Source of the DNA: Patescibacteria group bacterium
GTDB lineage: Bacteria > Patescibacteriota > Microgenomatia > UBA1400 > Chisholmbacteraceae
Length of the DNA stretch: 64,000 bases
Assembly: GCA_022564195.1 (NCBI GenBank)
Contig: JADFLW010000002.1
Location: 12,320 to 76,319, forward strand
Direction: 5' to 3'
Shown piece after piece: positions 37,664 to 45,870 of the stretch. The translations under genes were made by a program, and so were the position numbers. The notes below the pieces were generated by a model that was given only the letters and a program-made list of their open reading frames with translations, was not told the origin of the DNA and searched no databases. Positions within the stretch are counted from its first letter, which is position 1. Each line of letters begins with the position of its first letter.

Positions 37664-37867
37664 ATGCCTATGAGTCAAAAGATAATCAGGGCAGGAAACT
37701 CAGCAGCAGTAACCGTCCCCGCCGATTTCGTCAAAGTAGTAGGTGTGAAAATTGGAGATACGGTAGAAGTCAGGACCTCACCGGAAAAGGGGCAGATCAC
37801 CTACACGTTCTCTGGAGTGAGACAGCTAACGATAAACAGCAAACTCCGTCGTAAGAGCCAAACGTAA
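37664..37867 (+). CDS. AbrB/MazE/SpoVT-type swapped-hairpin DNA-binding small protein (antitoxin-like)
   Basis: IIRAGNSAAVTVPADFVKVVGVKIGDTVEV. Its start codon lies 3 nt after the upstream stop. Confidence 0.55.
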   Translation: MPMSQKIIRAGNSAAVTVPADFVKVVGVKIGDTVEVRTSPEKGQITYTFSGVRQLTINSKLRRKSQT

Positions 37868-37943
37868 AAAAACAAGTCTTGATTCTCCCAAACAGATCAC
37901 TCCCGCTTCAATCAAAAAGTTTTTTGTAGGTATAATACATTTC

Positions 37944-39326
37944 ATGAACAAACCTCGAAAGCTCTTCGCTGCAATCCTGCTATTGACAGTTATTTCAGCC
38001 GTGATAGACCTTCCCCGGGAAATACCTCTTAAGTTTTCCATTGGACCATTGGCGATGAACACCACGCTACGCCGTCCTTCCCTGAATCTGAAGATTGGAC
38101 CACTGAGCCTTAAGAGAGACTTGGAAGTACGCCAAGGGCTTGATCTGAAGGGTGGATCACACCTCGTATTTGAAGCCGACATGCGAGGAATCGAGGAAGC
38201 CGATCGAGAAGATTCGATCAAAGGGGCCAAAGAAGTCATCGCCAGACGCGTCGATCTCTATGGTGTTTCAGAACCACTCATCCAGACATCAAAAACAGAA
38301 GATACCTACCGAATCATTGTGGAGCTGCCTGGAGTAAAAAACACCCAAGAAGCAATAGAGCTGATCGGCCAGACTGCTCAACTAGATTTTCGTCAGGAAC
38401 CAACACAGCTTGAAGAGGATGAGGCGACCGATTCCGCACAACAGCAGATATCTATTCTTGACTACCAACCCACAGGATTAAGCGGGCGGGATCTTGCAAA
38501 GGCCCAGGTGCAATTTGCTCAAACACAAACCGGACAACCGGTCGTAGCCTTGGTCTTTACCGATGAGGGAAAAGAGAAATTCGGTGAGATTACAACCAGG
38601 AATGTAGGAAAGCGAGTGGCAATTTTTTTGGATGAGATGTTGCTGACAGCACCAGTGGTTCAACAGGCCATAACATCCGGCGAGGCGGTCATTTCCGGTG
38701 ACTTCACCCTGGAAGAGGCCAAGAACCTGGCAATACAACTGAATGCCGGTGCCTTGCCTGTACCGATAAAAGTGGTGGAAGAGAGAACCGTTGGGGCGAC
38801 ACTAGGGCAAGACTCAGTTCACAAAAGCCTACAAGCCGGAGTCATTGGACTGAGTTTAGTCATGCTCTTCATGGTAGCGAATTACGGATGGCTAGGGGTG
38901 ATTGCAGATTTGGCACTCATCGTCTACGGCCTGTTGACGTTGACGATCTACAAGTTGATTCCCGTTACCGTATCGCTTCCGGGACTGGCAGGATTCATTC
39001 TTTCAGTCGGGATGGCAGTTGACGCCAATATATTGATTTTCGAACGCATGAAAGAGGAGGAACGGAGTGGAAAGCCTTGGCGAACTGCGATGGAATTAGG
39101 ATTCGGGCGAGCCTGGGATAGCATCAAGGACGCCAATGTCGCAACATTGATGACCGCCTTCGTTCTCTTAAACCCTTTCGAATGGGCCTTTCTTCCGACA
39201 AGCGGAATGGCACGCGGCTTTGCGCTAACGCTAGGAATTGGGGTGTTGATTGGCCTTTTCACAGGCGTCATTGTGACCAGAACCTTCCTAAGGGTGCTTT
39301 ACGCAAGGAAAGAAAAAAATCAATGA
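37944..39326 (+). CDS. secD: Protein translocase subunit SecD
   Basis: N-terminal TM, periplasmic P1 domain, 6-TM C-terminal core (GLSLVMLFMVANYGWLGVIA). Confidence 0.9.
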   Translation: MNKPRKLFAAILLLTVISAVIDLPREIPLKFSIGPLAMNTTLRRPSLNLKIGPLSLKRDLEVRQGLDLKGGSHLVFEADMRGIEEADREDSIKGAKEVIARRVDLYGVSEPLIQTSKTEDTYRIIVELPGVKNTQEAIELIGQTAQLDFRQEPTQLEEDEATDSAQQQISILDYQPTGLSGRDLAKAQVQFAQTQTGQPVVALVFTDEGKEKFGEITTRNVGKRVAIFLDEMLLTAPVVQQAITSGEAVISGDFTLEEAKNLAIQLNAGALPVPIKVVEERTVGATLGQDSVHKSLQAGVIGLSLVMLFMVANYGWLGVIADLALIVYGLLTLTIYKLIPVTVSLPGLAGFILSVGMAVDANILIFERMKEEERSGKPWRTAMELGFGRAWDSIKDANVATLMTAFVLLNPFEWAFLPTSGMARGFALTLGIGVLIGLFTGVIVTRTFLRVLYARKEKNQ

Positions 39327-39328
39327 AA

Positions 39329-39356
39329 CCCTATACCCTAAACCCTAGACCCTAAT
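39329..39356. repeat. Four tandem CCCTAnA heptamers (ccctata ccctaaa ccctaga ccctaat) in the secD-secF spacer
   Basis: Read directly; telomere-like CCCTAAA units. Confidence 0.8.
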
Positions 39357-39360
39357 TTCT

Positions 39361-40242
39361 ATGCAGTTCATGCGCTACAAACTCCTCTATTTTGCAATTT
39401 CTGCGTTGGTACTTTTGCCAAGCATATGGTCGTTGGTGGTCTTCGGACTCAAACCGGCAATCGATTTCACCGGCGGAGCACTCATTGAACTTACAATCAC
39501 CCCCTCAGAGGGAATAAAGGCGTCCGAAACCGCAATCCGCAGTGCAGCGGGAGAAGAGTTCGAACTCGGTTCAATTCAGCAAACCAGCGAAGGCACGGTA
39601 ATCCTGCGGAGCAAACCGATGTCTCAAGAAGAGAAAAACACTCTTGTTGAGCGCCTCAAGGAAAAGTTGGGAGAAATAGAAGAGAGAAGGTTCGAAACGG
39701 TCGGTCCGACGATAGGAAAAGAGCTACTAGGAAAGACGATAACAGCCATCATCATCGCCGCCGCGCTCATATTAATCTATGTCGCCTACCGCTTCAAACA
39801 GGTAAAATACGGCGTTTGCGCAATTTTGGCGATGTTTCACGATACGTTGATTCTCTTGGGAGCATTCAGTCTATTGGGGCATTTTGCAAATGTCGAGGTG
39901 GATACATTGTTTGTGACAGCGATTCTGACCACGCTTTCTTTCTCGGTCCACGATACTATTATTGTCTACGATCGAATTCGGGAATCTTTAAGACGCCACC
40001 CAAGTGCCGAATTCGAGGATATCGTCAACCTTTCGGTAGCAGAAACACTCGGAAGAAGCCTCAACAATTCCCTCACCATCATCTTCATGCTCGTTGCGCT
40101 CTTTCTCATCGGCGGCGTGACCATCCGCTGGTTCATCCTGGCCCTTTTGATCGGCACCATCGCCGGCACTTACTCCTCGACATTCACAGCAGCTCCACTA
40201 TTAGTCGTCTGGGAAAATATAAGCAAAAAAAGAAAGAGATGA
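39361..40242 (+). CDS. secF: Protein translocase subunit SecF
   Basis: SecF N-terminus and 6-TM core (ILAMFHDTLILLGAFSLLG). Confidence 0.9.
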   Translation: MQFMRYKLLYFAISALVLLPSIWSLVVFGLKPAIDFTGGALIELTITPSEGIKASETAIRSAAGEEFELGSIQQTSEGTVILRSKPMSQEEKNTLVERLKEKLGEIEERRFETVGPTIGKELLGKTITAIIIAAALILIYVAYRFKQVKYGVCAILAMFHDTLILLGAFSLLGHFANVEVDTLFVTAILTTLSFSVHDTIIVYDRIRESLRRHPSAEFEDIVNLSVAETLGRSLNNSLTIIFMLVALFLIGGVTIRWFILALLIGTIAGTYSSTFTAAPLLVVWENISKKRKR

Positions 40243-40841
40243 CCACAATATATGTAGCAAGACATGGAGATTATAGGAATGATGAAAAGGTCGTCCCATT
40301 TGGTCTTTCTGGATTCCCCTTGAACGATCGAGGTAAAAGACAAGCCAAACGGATTGCAAAGTATTTAGCAAACAAACGAGTAACCGAAATGTATTCCAGT
40401 CCAGTTTTAAGATGTAAACAGACTGCAGAGATCATTGGAGAGGCACTAAACGCTAAGCCAAAATATTCAGAACTCATAACGGAAACCGACACCCCAGCTC
40501 AAGGGATGGTTTTGGACGAATTTTTTCACACAGCAGGAGGATACACATTCATGCAACCGATTCATGTACGAAATGCAGGAGAGACAATAAAACAAGTATT
40601 TACCAGGTGTAATACGTTGGTGACAAAAATAATCAAGAAACATGAGGGAGAAAGCGTTCTTATTGTCACGCACGGAGATCCATTAATGGCACTTGTCTAT
40701 GGGTTGGTCGACAAGGATTTAAGGAACTATTTTACAAAGACAAGAAAGTATCTGCCAAAAGGCGCTCTCGTGAAGTTTGAATTTAAAAACTACAAGCTCC
40801 ACGATTATCACGAAGTACTATCCGGGAAAACCGCTCGCTAA
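40239..40841 (+). CDS. Histidine phosphatase family protein (phosphoglycerate mutase-like)
   Basis: The RHG motif in IYVARHGD, then RCKQTAEII and LIVTHGD. The ATG overlaps the secF stop. The upstream part of ORF 39816..40841 is an out-of-frame overlap with secF. Confidence 0.75.
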   Translation: MTTIYVARHGDYRNDEKVVPFGLSGFPLNDRGKRQAKRIAKYLANKRVTEMYSSPVLRCKQTAEIIGEALNAKPKYSELITETDTPAQGMVLDEFFHTAGGYTFMQPIHVRNAGETIKQVFTRCNTLVTKIIKKHEGESVLIVTHGDPLMALVYGLVDKDLRNYFTKTRKYLPKGALVKFEFKNYKLHDYHEVLSGKTAR

Positions 40842-40896
40842 AGTGATACAAATTGGCTAAACCAGATTTGAGAAGTTTAATCTTAGCGCTACATTT

Positions 40897-41385
40897 TCAC
40901 TTTAAGTCTAGTCTATAGCCTTTGTATTTGGAAACGAAGCCATTTTTTTCAAAAAACTTTTGGGTTTCCTTGAACTTCTTGTTTGGCGCAACTTTAATTA
41001 CTTTAACGCCATTTTTTTTGCACCATACTTTGATCCTTGTTAATAATAACGAGCCAATTCCTTTCCCTCGGAATCCATCTTTGACAATAATTTCTTCTAT
41101 GTGGCCTCTTGTCCAGCCATACCGAACATTAAGAATAAGTTGAAAATTTACAAAACCAACAATTCGGCCTTCATATTTTGCGATAAAAATCTTATTCTCA
41201 CTTGCTCTTATCTTATTAAAAATATTTCTTCTTGATGATTTAGGTGCTTTTAAAACGTAAGTGGAAGGTGATTCGACTTTTTTGATAGCTTGTGTTAACT
41301 CCTCGAGTAGGGTATTAATTTCTTCGAAATCATCTGGCTTTGCAAAGCGGATCTTAACTTTTCCGATCTCAACCTTTTTCATCAT
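40897..41385 (-). CDS. GNAT family N-acetyltransferase
   Basis: Acetyl-CoA-binding motif RGKGIGSLLLTRIKVWCKKNGVKVI. Confidence 0.8.
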   Translation of the reverse strand: MMKKVEIGKVKIRFAKPDDFEEINTLLEELTQAIKKVESPSTYVLKAPKSSRRNIFNKIRASENKIFIAKYEGRIVGFVNFQLILNVRYGWTRGHIEEIIVKDGFRGKGIGSLLLTRIKVWCKKNGVKVIKVAPNKKFKETQKFFEKNGFVSKYKGYRLDLK

Positions 41386-42176
41386 TGCAAGACTTTTTCA
41401 TTAATCCAATCGACAATCGTCTGCTGCATTTCATCTCGCTTACCATGGTACCAGTGATCAACTCCCTCTATGAACATAAGTGTTTTGTCTTTCGACCCAA
41501 GATGCCTGTAAAGAAAATGGCTGTGATCAGGCAATACCGTTATATCAGCTGTTCCGTGCATGACCAGAGTCGGAACCTGAACCCTTGAAACAACTTTCTC
41601 AATGTTCAAATCAACTATTTCATGAATAAGTTTGTAGCTGAGCTTACTGAATCTTGGGTCTTTGATATCATATTTTCGATTATATCCGGTTTCTATCCAA
41701 CCTTGCTCTTTCCATTTACGTAAATCATAGAGTCCTTTATACCACTTTAGTGGATCGATAACTCCCGATCGACAAATGAGATATTTCGCCCTTTGATCTT
41801 CTGCTGTTAACCAGACTACCGGTAAACCGCTAAAACTTCCTCCATAGAGCACGAACTTTGTTTTATCAATGCTTTCTTGATAATGAGTAAATAAATAGTC
41901 GATTGCTGATTTCATATCATCTTTAACTCCTCCTAAAGTGAGATCTTCCCAGGATCCTTGGCTTTCTCCATGCGATCGGTAATCAAATCTGAACGTGAGT
42001 ACTCCTGTGGGAAGTAATAACTTCTCGAGGGTTGTGTACGATTCAGAATCTTTACTGCTACTGTATCCATGACAGATGATAATTGTCGGAAAAGGAGGTT
42101 TGCCGTCAGGAATACCAAGGATTCCAACGAGCCTTGTCCCATCAGAACTCTTGAAGAAAACTTTTTCAGAGGCCAT
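41382..42176 (-). CDS. Alpha/beta hydrolase (S9/dienelactone-hydrolase-like)
   Basis: IICHGYSSSKD, nucleophile elbow GGSFSG, C-terminal His (GVDHWYHG). Confidence 0.7.
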   Translation of the reverse strand: MASEKVFFKSSDGTRLVGILGIPDGKPPFPTIIICHGYSSSKDSESYTTLEKLLLPTGVLTFRFDYRSHGESQGSWEDLTLGGVKDDMKSAIDYLFTHYQESIDKTKFVLYGGSFSGLPVVWLTAEDQRAKYLICRSGVIDPLKWYKGLYDLRKWKEQGWIETGYNRKYDIKDPRFSKLSYKLIHEIVDLNIEKVVSRVQVPTLVMHGTADITVLPDHSHFLYRHLGSKDKTLMFIEGVDHWYHGKRDEMQQTIVDWINEKVLQ

Positions 42177-43624
42177 TATGTAGATTTTCCTAGTTCTTTA
42201 ATGCGACCAAGAAGATGCTCCCGCTCGTTTTTACTCGTATCTTCCATCACCTCTTCGAACAGTGTATTCAAAACTTCTCCCACTTTGGAACCAGGCTTGA
42301 TGCCCAAAACTTCCATCACATCATGGCCATTGACCTTAAGATCTTTCACCATCATCGGCTCATAGAGCTGCTCACCAATCCGCTGCTGAAGTTCGCGAAG
42401 CCTCCAAGAGGTTGCTTTGCTCCCGCCGCCCTTACGATCCCCAACCCGAAGAAGCATCATGTCGTTGATGTTCTCAACACCAACCCTGCGGATGAAGCGG
42501 CGTATGGCGGCATCAGTCATCTTCGGACCATAGGCAAACATGTGCCAGCGAACCAGAGTGATAAGCTTCCTCTTGTGCTTCTTTGAAAGCCGCAGGCGAT
42601 CGGCAATCTTGGCAACCATCCTTGCCCCCACTACCTCATGGTTGTAAAAGGTGATCTTGCCATCCTTCTCGCGAGAGGTTCTGGGCTTTCCCAAGTCATG
42701 TAAAAGCGTTGCCAGACGGACAATGGGGTCAGTTGAAGGACAATGCCGAAGACTTTCGATGGAATGCGTCCAGACATCATAAATATGGTGTCCGGTTTGT
42801 GGGATATCGCGGGATTCAGAAAGCTCCGGTAAGAAGTAACCCAGGAGTAGAGAGGAGTGAAGGAGCAGCACGCCATCAGCTGGATACTGGGAAGCAAGAA
42901 TTTTTAAGAATTCATCGCGAATGCGCTCCCAACTCACGTATTTCATCAAATTTGCATTCTTTTGGATTGCCGCAAATGTCTTTTCTTCAATGCGAAAGGC
43001 AAGTTCAGCACCAATACGGATTGCGCGCATCATGCGCAGTGCGTCTTCATTGAATCGCCAATCGGGATCGCCAACCGCCCGGATGCGCTTCTTTGATAAA
43101 TCCACTCGTCCTGAAAAGGGATCAATAATCCGCAAACTCAAAGACACAGCTTCTTTCGTCCGCGCGAGTCGATCTGCGGCCTCTAAGGCTTCCACTGACC
43201 AGGCTTTAAGCGCCATGGCATTGATCGTAAAATCTCGCCTGCTAAGATCTTCCTCAATGCTCTTGCCCCAACTGACTTTATCGGGCCGGCGCCGATCAGA
43301 GTATCCATGTTCCGTCCGAAATGTTGTAATGTCAAACAGGAAGTCTTTCAACCCGAGAGTTGGCATGTGGAATTGGATGGCGAGGTGCTTTCCTGCAACG
43401 CGAACCGTTCCGAACTCGTTATCATAGAAGCTTTCTCTAAAAAGGCGCAAAATCTGCTGTGGAACGGCATTGGTGGTGAAATCCCAATCATACACAGCCT
43501 TTTGTTGAAAAAGATCGCGGACAGCGCCGCCGACAATGTACGCTTGAAAGCCCTCGTTGTTCAGTGTAGAAAGTATACGAATGGCGAGAGAAGGGACTGA
43601 GAATTTGACCATTGTTGTGTTCAT
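42176..43624 (-). CDS. cca: CCA-adding enzyme / polyA-polymerase-family tRNA nucleotidyltransferase with HD domain
   Basis: AYIVGGAVRDLF...DWDFTT head domain and an HD motif (LHDLGKPRTSRE). The ORF runs to 43864, but ~80 N-terminal codons are Cys-rich non-homologous sequence. Start taken at MNTTMVKF. Confidence 0.8.
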   Translation of the reverse strand: MNTTMVKFSVPSLAIRILSTLNNEGFQAYIVGGAVRDLFQQKAVYDWDFTTNAVPQQILRLFRESFYDNEFGTVRVAGKHLAIQFHMPTLGLKDFLFDITTFRTEHGYSDRRRPDKVSWGKSIEEDLSRRDFTINAMALKAWSVEALEAADRLARTKEAVSLSLRIIDPFSGRVDLSKKRIRAVGDPDWRFNEDALRMMRAIRIGAELAFRIEEKTFAAIQKNANLMKYVSWERIRDEFLKILASQYPADGVLLLHSSLLLGYFLPELSESRDIPQTGHHIYDVWTHSIESLRHCPSTDPIVRLATLLHDLGKPRTSREKDGKITFYNHEVVGARMVAKIADRLRLSKKHKRKLITLVRWHMFAYGPKMTDAAIRRFIRRVGVENINDMMLLRVGDRKGGGSKATSWRLRELQQRIGEQLYEPMMVKDLKVNGHDVMEVLGIKPGSKVGEVLNTLFEEVMEDTSKNEREHLLGRIKELGKST

Positions 43625-43630
43625 TATATC

Positions 43631-45397
43631 TTGCAAAAGCTGATTATGCAGTGGGAGATAAAAACCAAGATTCAAGAGGGTGCTCTGAGAAAAAGAAGAG
43701 AGGAGATAGGCAAAAATCTGCTTGCCAATCGTGGAGTAACTCACAAGAAGCAAGTTGAGGAGTTTCTCGATCCCCCGGAACCAGAGACGCTTTCTCCCAA
43801 AATGGTGGGCATCCAAAAGGCACATCTCACAAAAGCAATCACAAGAATAAAGAAAGCCATCCAAAGAAAAGAATCAGTGGTGGTCTATGGAGACTACGAC
43901 GCTGATGGGATTTGCTCTACTGCTATTCTCTGGGAAACGCTCCACGCGCTCGGAGCCCAAGCACTGCCATTCATCCCGCATCGTGAGGATCACGGCTACG
44001 GCCTCTCGGTGAAAGGGATAAAAGAAATTCTAAACAAGCCTAAACGCTATACCCTAAACGCTAAACCCTCCCTGATTATTACCGTTGACAACGGCATTGT
44101 TGCCCATGATGCAGCAGCGTATGCAAACGAGCAGGGAATCGACGTCATTATTTGCGACCATCATGAGAAGTCTACAAAGCTCCCGGAGGTACACGCAATC
44201 GTTCATACCACGAGGTTAGCTGGTTCCGGAGTGACATGGATGTTCGCAAAAGAGATACTCAACAAACTCAAACCAAAAACCCCTACGCTCAACGTCTATC
44301 CTGAGCGTAGTCGAAGGGCTATACGCTCATCGCTAGACCTAGTAACCATAGGAACGATTGCCGATCAGGTTGCGCTAGTCGGTCCAAATCGCTCCATCGT
44401 CAAATATGGACTCAATGATCTGCGCAGAACAAAACGAGTAGGGATAATTAAGCTTATGAAAGAGGCAGCGATTGACCCTCACGAAATGAGAACCTATCAC
44501 ATTAACTTTGTTATCGCTCCGAGACTCAATGCCATGGGAAGACTGGAACACGCCATCGATGCGCTGCGTCTTGTGTGCACGAAAAATGCGATTCGTGCAA
44601 GGAAGCTCGCAAATACTCTCTCAGTGGTAAATCGTCAACGACAACAGCGTACAAAAGAAATGCTCGCAGTGGCAAAAGAAATGTATCTTTCACAAGAGAG
44701 CGAGAGGGAAGCAGAGAAAATTATCATCATTGACCATGAGGATTTCCATGAAGGGATCATCGGCCTCATTGCTGGAAAGCTGGCGGAAGAGTTTTACCGT
44801 CCAGCGATCGTGTTCGCTAGAGGAAAGAAGCTTTCAAAAGCATCCGCGCGATCGATCAGCGGTTTCAACATCATCAAAGCTTTACGCCAAACAGAACACC
44901 TCCTCGTTGATGCCGGTGGCCACCCAATGGCAGCAGGTTTCACCATTGAGACAGCAAAAATAGAAACATTCAAAAGCAGGTTGTATGAAATCGCAGAGAG
45001 AACACTCTCACCCGATATGTTGGAACCAAAACTGACTATCGATTGTGAGATTGAGCTTCGTGACATTACATGGGAGCTCTACCGGCAGTTAGAGAGGCTT
45101 GAGCCCTTCGGGATCGGCAACCCCCAGCCCAGATTTGCACTCGAAAACTGTGAAGTCGTTGATGCCAGAGCGGTTGGTGATGAAGGGAAACATCTCAAAT
45201 TAACCATCAAACAGTCAAAGAGTATGGCAAATGGAATCGCCTTCAATCAAGGCTTTCTTGTCTCCCAACTGAACCCCGGCACGCCCATAAGCTTGGCCTT
45301 TACGCTGGACAAAAACATCTGGAACAACAGGGAAGAACTCCAGCTCAAGGTGAAAGACCTCAAGGTAGACGGTGGAGAAGCAACCAAGCCGTTTTAA
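43631..45397 (+). CDS. recJ: Single-stranded-DNA-specific exonuclease RecJ
   Basis: DHH (VVYGDYDADGICST, ICDHH), DHHA1 (GGHPMAAG), C-terminal OB-like region. Confidence 0.9.
   Translation: MQKLIMQWEIKTKIQEGALRKRREEIGKNLLANRGVTHKKQVEEFLDPPEPETLSPKMVGIQKAHLTKAITRIKKAIQRKESVVVYGDYDADGICSTAILWETLHALGAQALPFIPHREDHGYGLSVKGIKEILNKPKRYTLNAKPSLIITVDNGIVAHDAAAYANEQGIDVIICDHHEKSTKLPEVHAIVHTTRLAGSGVTWMFAKEILNKLKPKTPTLNVYPERSRRAIRSSLDLVTIGTIADQVALVGPNRSIVKYGLNDLRRTKRVGIIKLMKEAAIDPHEMRTYHINFVIAPRLNAMGRLEHAIDALRLVCTKNAIRARKLANTLSVVNRQRQQRTKEMLAVAKEMYLSQESEREAEKIIIIDHEDFHEGIIGLIAGKLAEEFYRPAIVFARGKKLSKASARSISGFNIIKALRQTEHLLVDAGGHPMAAGFTIETAKIETFKSRLYEIAERTLSPDMLEPKLTIDCEIELRDITWELYRQLERLEPFGIGNPQPRFALENCEVVDARAVGDEGKHLKLTIKQSKSMANGIAFNQGFLVSQLNPGTPISLAFTLDKNIWNNREELQLKVKDLKVDGGEATKPF
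44038..44072. repeat. Tandem 13/14-nt repeat (cctaaacgctata ccctaaacgctaaa ccctccc) inside recJ
   Basis: Read directly; 27 nt in frame, encoding KPKRYTLNAKPS. Related to the 39.3-kb and 49.4-kb repeats. Confidence 0.7.
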
Positions 45398-45409
45398 AGA
45401 AGTAGTACG

Positions 45410-45646
45410 CTACCCTTCACTCACATCCCCCTTAAAAACTGGATTTCCGTTGCTCCAGTCAAATATATCATGACCCATCATCCGAGCTACGCTTCGATCT
45501 ACCTGCACACTTCCCTGATTTGCTGGAAGAACAGGACTCTCATCTTGAGACGGGAAGGGGGCCGAGGCAGTCATATCTTCTTCAGCGCCGCTACCTCCTT
45601 CAGGCACACCAGCCTGCCGGAAATGTTTTACTAGTTCAAGACTCAT
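45410..45646 (-). CDS. Hypothetical 78-aa protein
   Basis: ORF with an AAGG-type RBS 8 nt upstream. No recognisable motif. Confidence 0.25.
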   Translation of the reverse strand: MSLELVKHFRQAGVPEGGSGAEEDMTASAPFPSQDESPVLPANQGSVQVDRSVARMMGHDIFDWSNGNPVFKGDVSEG

Positions 45647-45667
45647 AAATGTTCACCGCCTTTCTTT

Positions 45668-45700
45668 TTTACGCATAAAAAAACCTCCGTTTCTGCGGAG
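45668..45700 (-). terminator. Hairpin (cctccg-tttctg-cggagg) followed by T7 on the minus strand; possible bidirectional terminator
   Basis: Minus-strand RNA: GCCUCCGCAGAAACGGAGG then UUUUUUU. On the plus strand the same stem is followed by a U-poor tract, so any plus-strand function would be weak. Confidence 0.4.
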
Positions 45701-45831
45701 GCTTGGTCTTGATGAAAACGCGCACTACACCACCAAACCTCACTCCTCAAAAGAGGATGCGGAGGACAAAATGATTAGTGTCACACTCTTTATACATAAC
45801 AGTTACACATTCTAAATGTTTTTCACAAAGC

Positions 45832-45860
45832 TTGTCAAGTACCAGATAAGCGGATACAAT
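45832..45860 (+). promoter_or_regulatory. Sigma70-type promoter for aspS (near-leaderless)
   Basis: TTGTCA, a 17-nt spacer, then TACAAT ending 10 nt before the aspS ATG. No SD. Confidence 0.5.
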
Positions 45861-45870
45861 AGATGCTTGC

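Noticed and set aside
39816-40238. 5' part of the 341-aa ORF overlapping secF
   Set aside because: It is an alternate-frame read of secF (His/Arg-rich). The real gene starts at 40239 with the histidine-phosphatase RHG motif.
45661-45870. Possible T-box or riboswitch leader upstream of aspS
   Set aside because: Hairpins are present, but no T-box consensus (AAUUAGGGUGGNACCGCG) or specifier-loop architecture was found. A strong promoter sits 10 nt from the ATG, which argues for a leaderless transcript.
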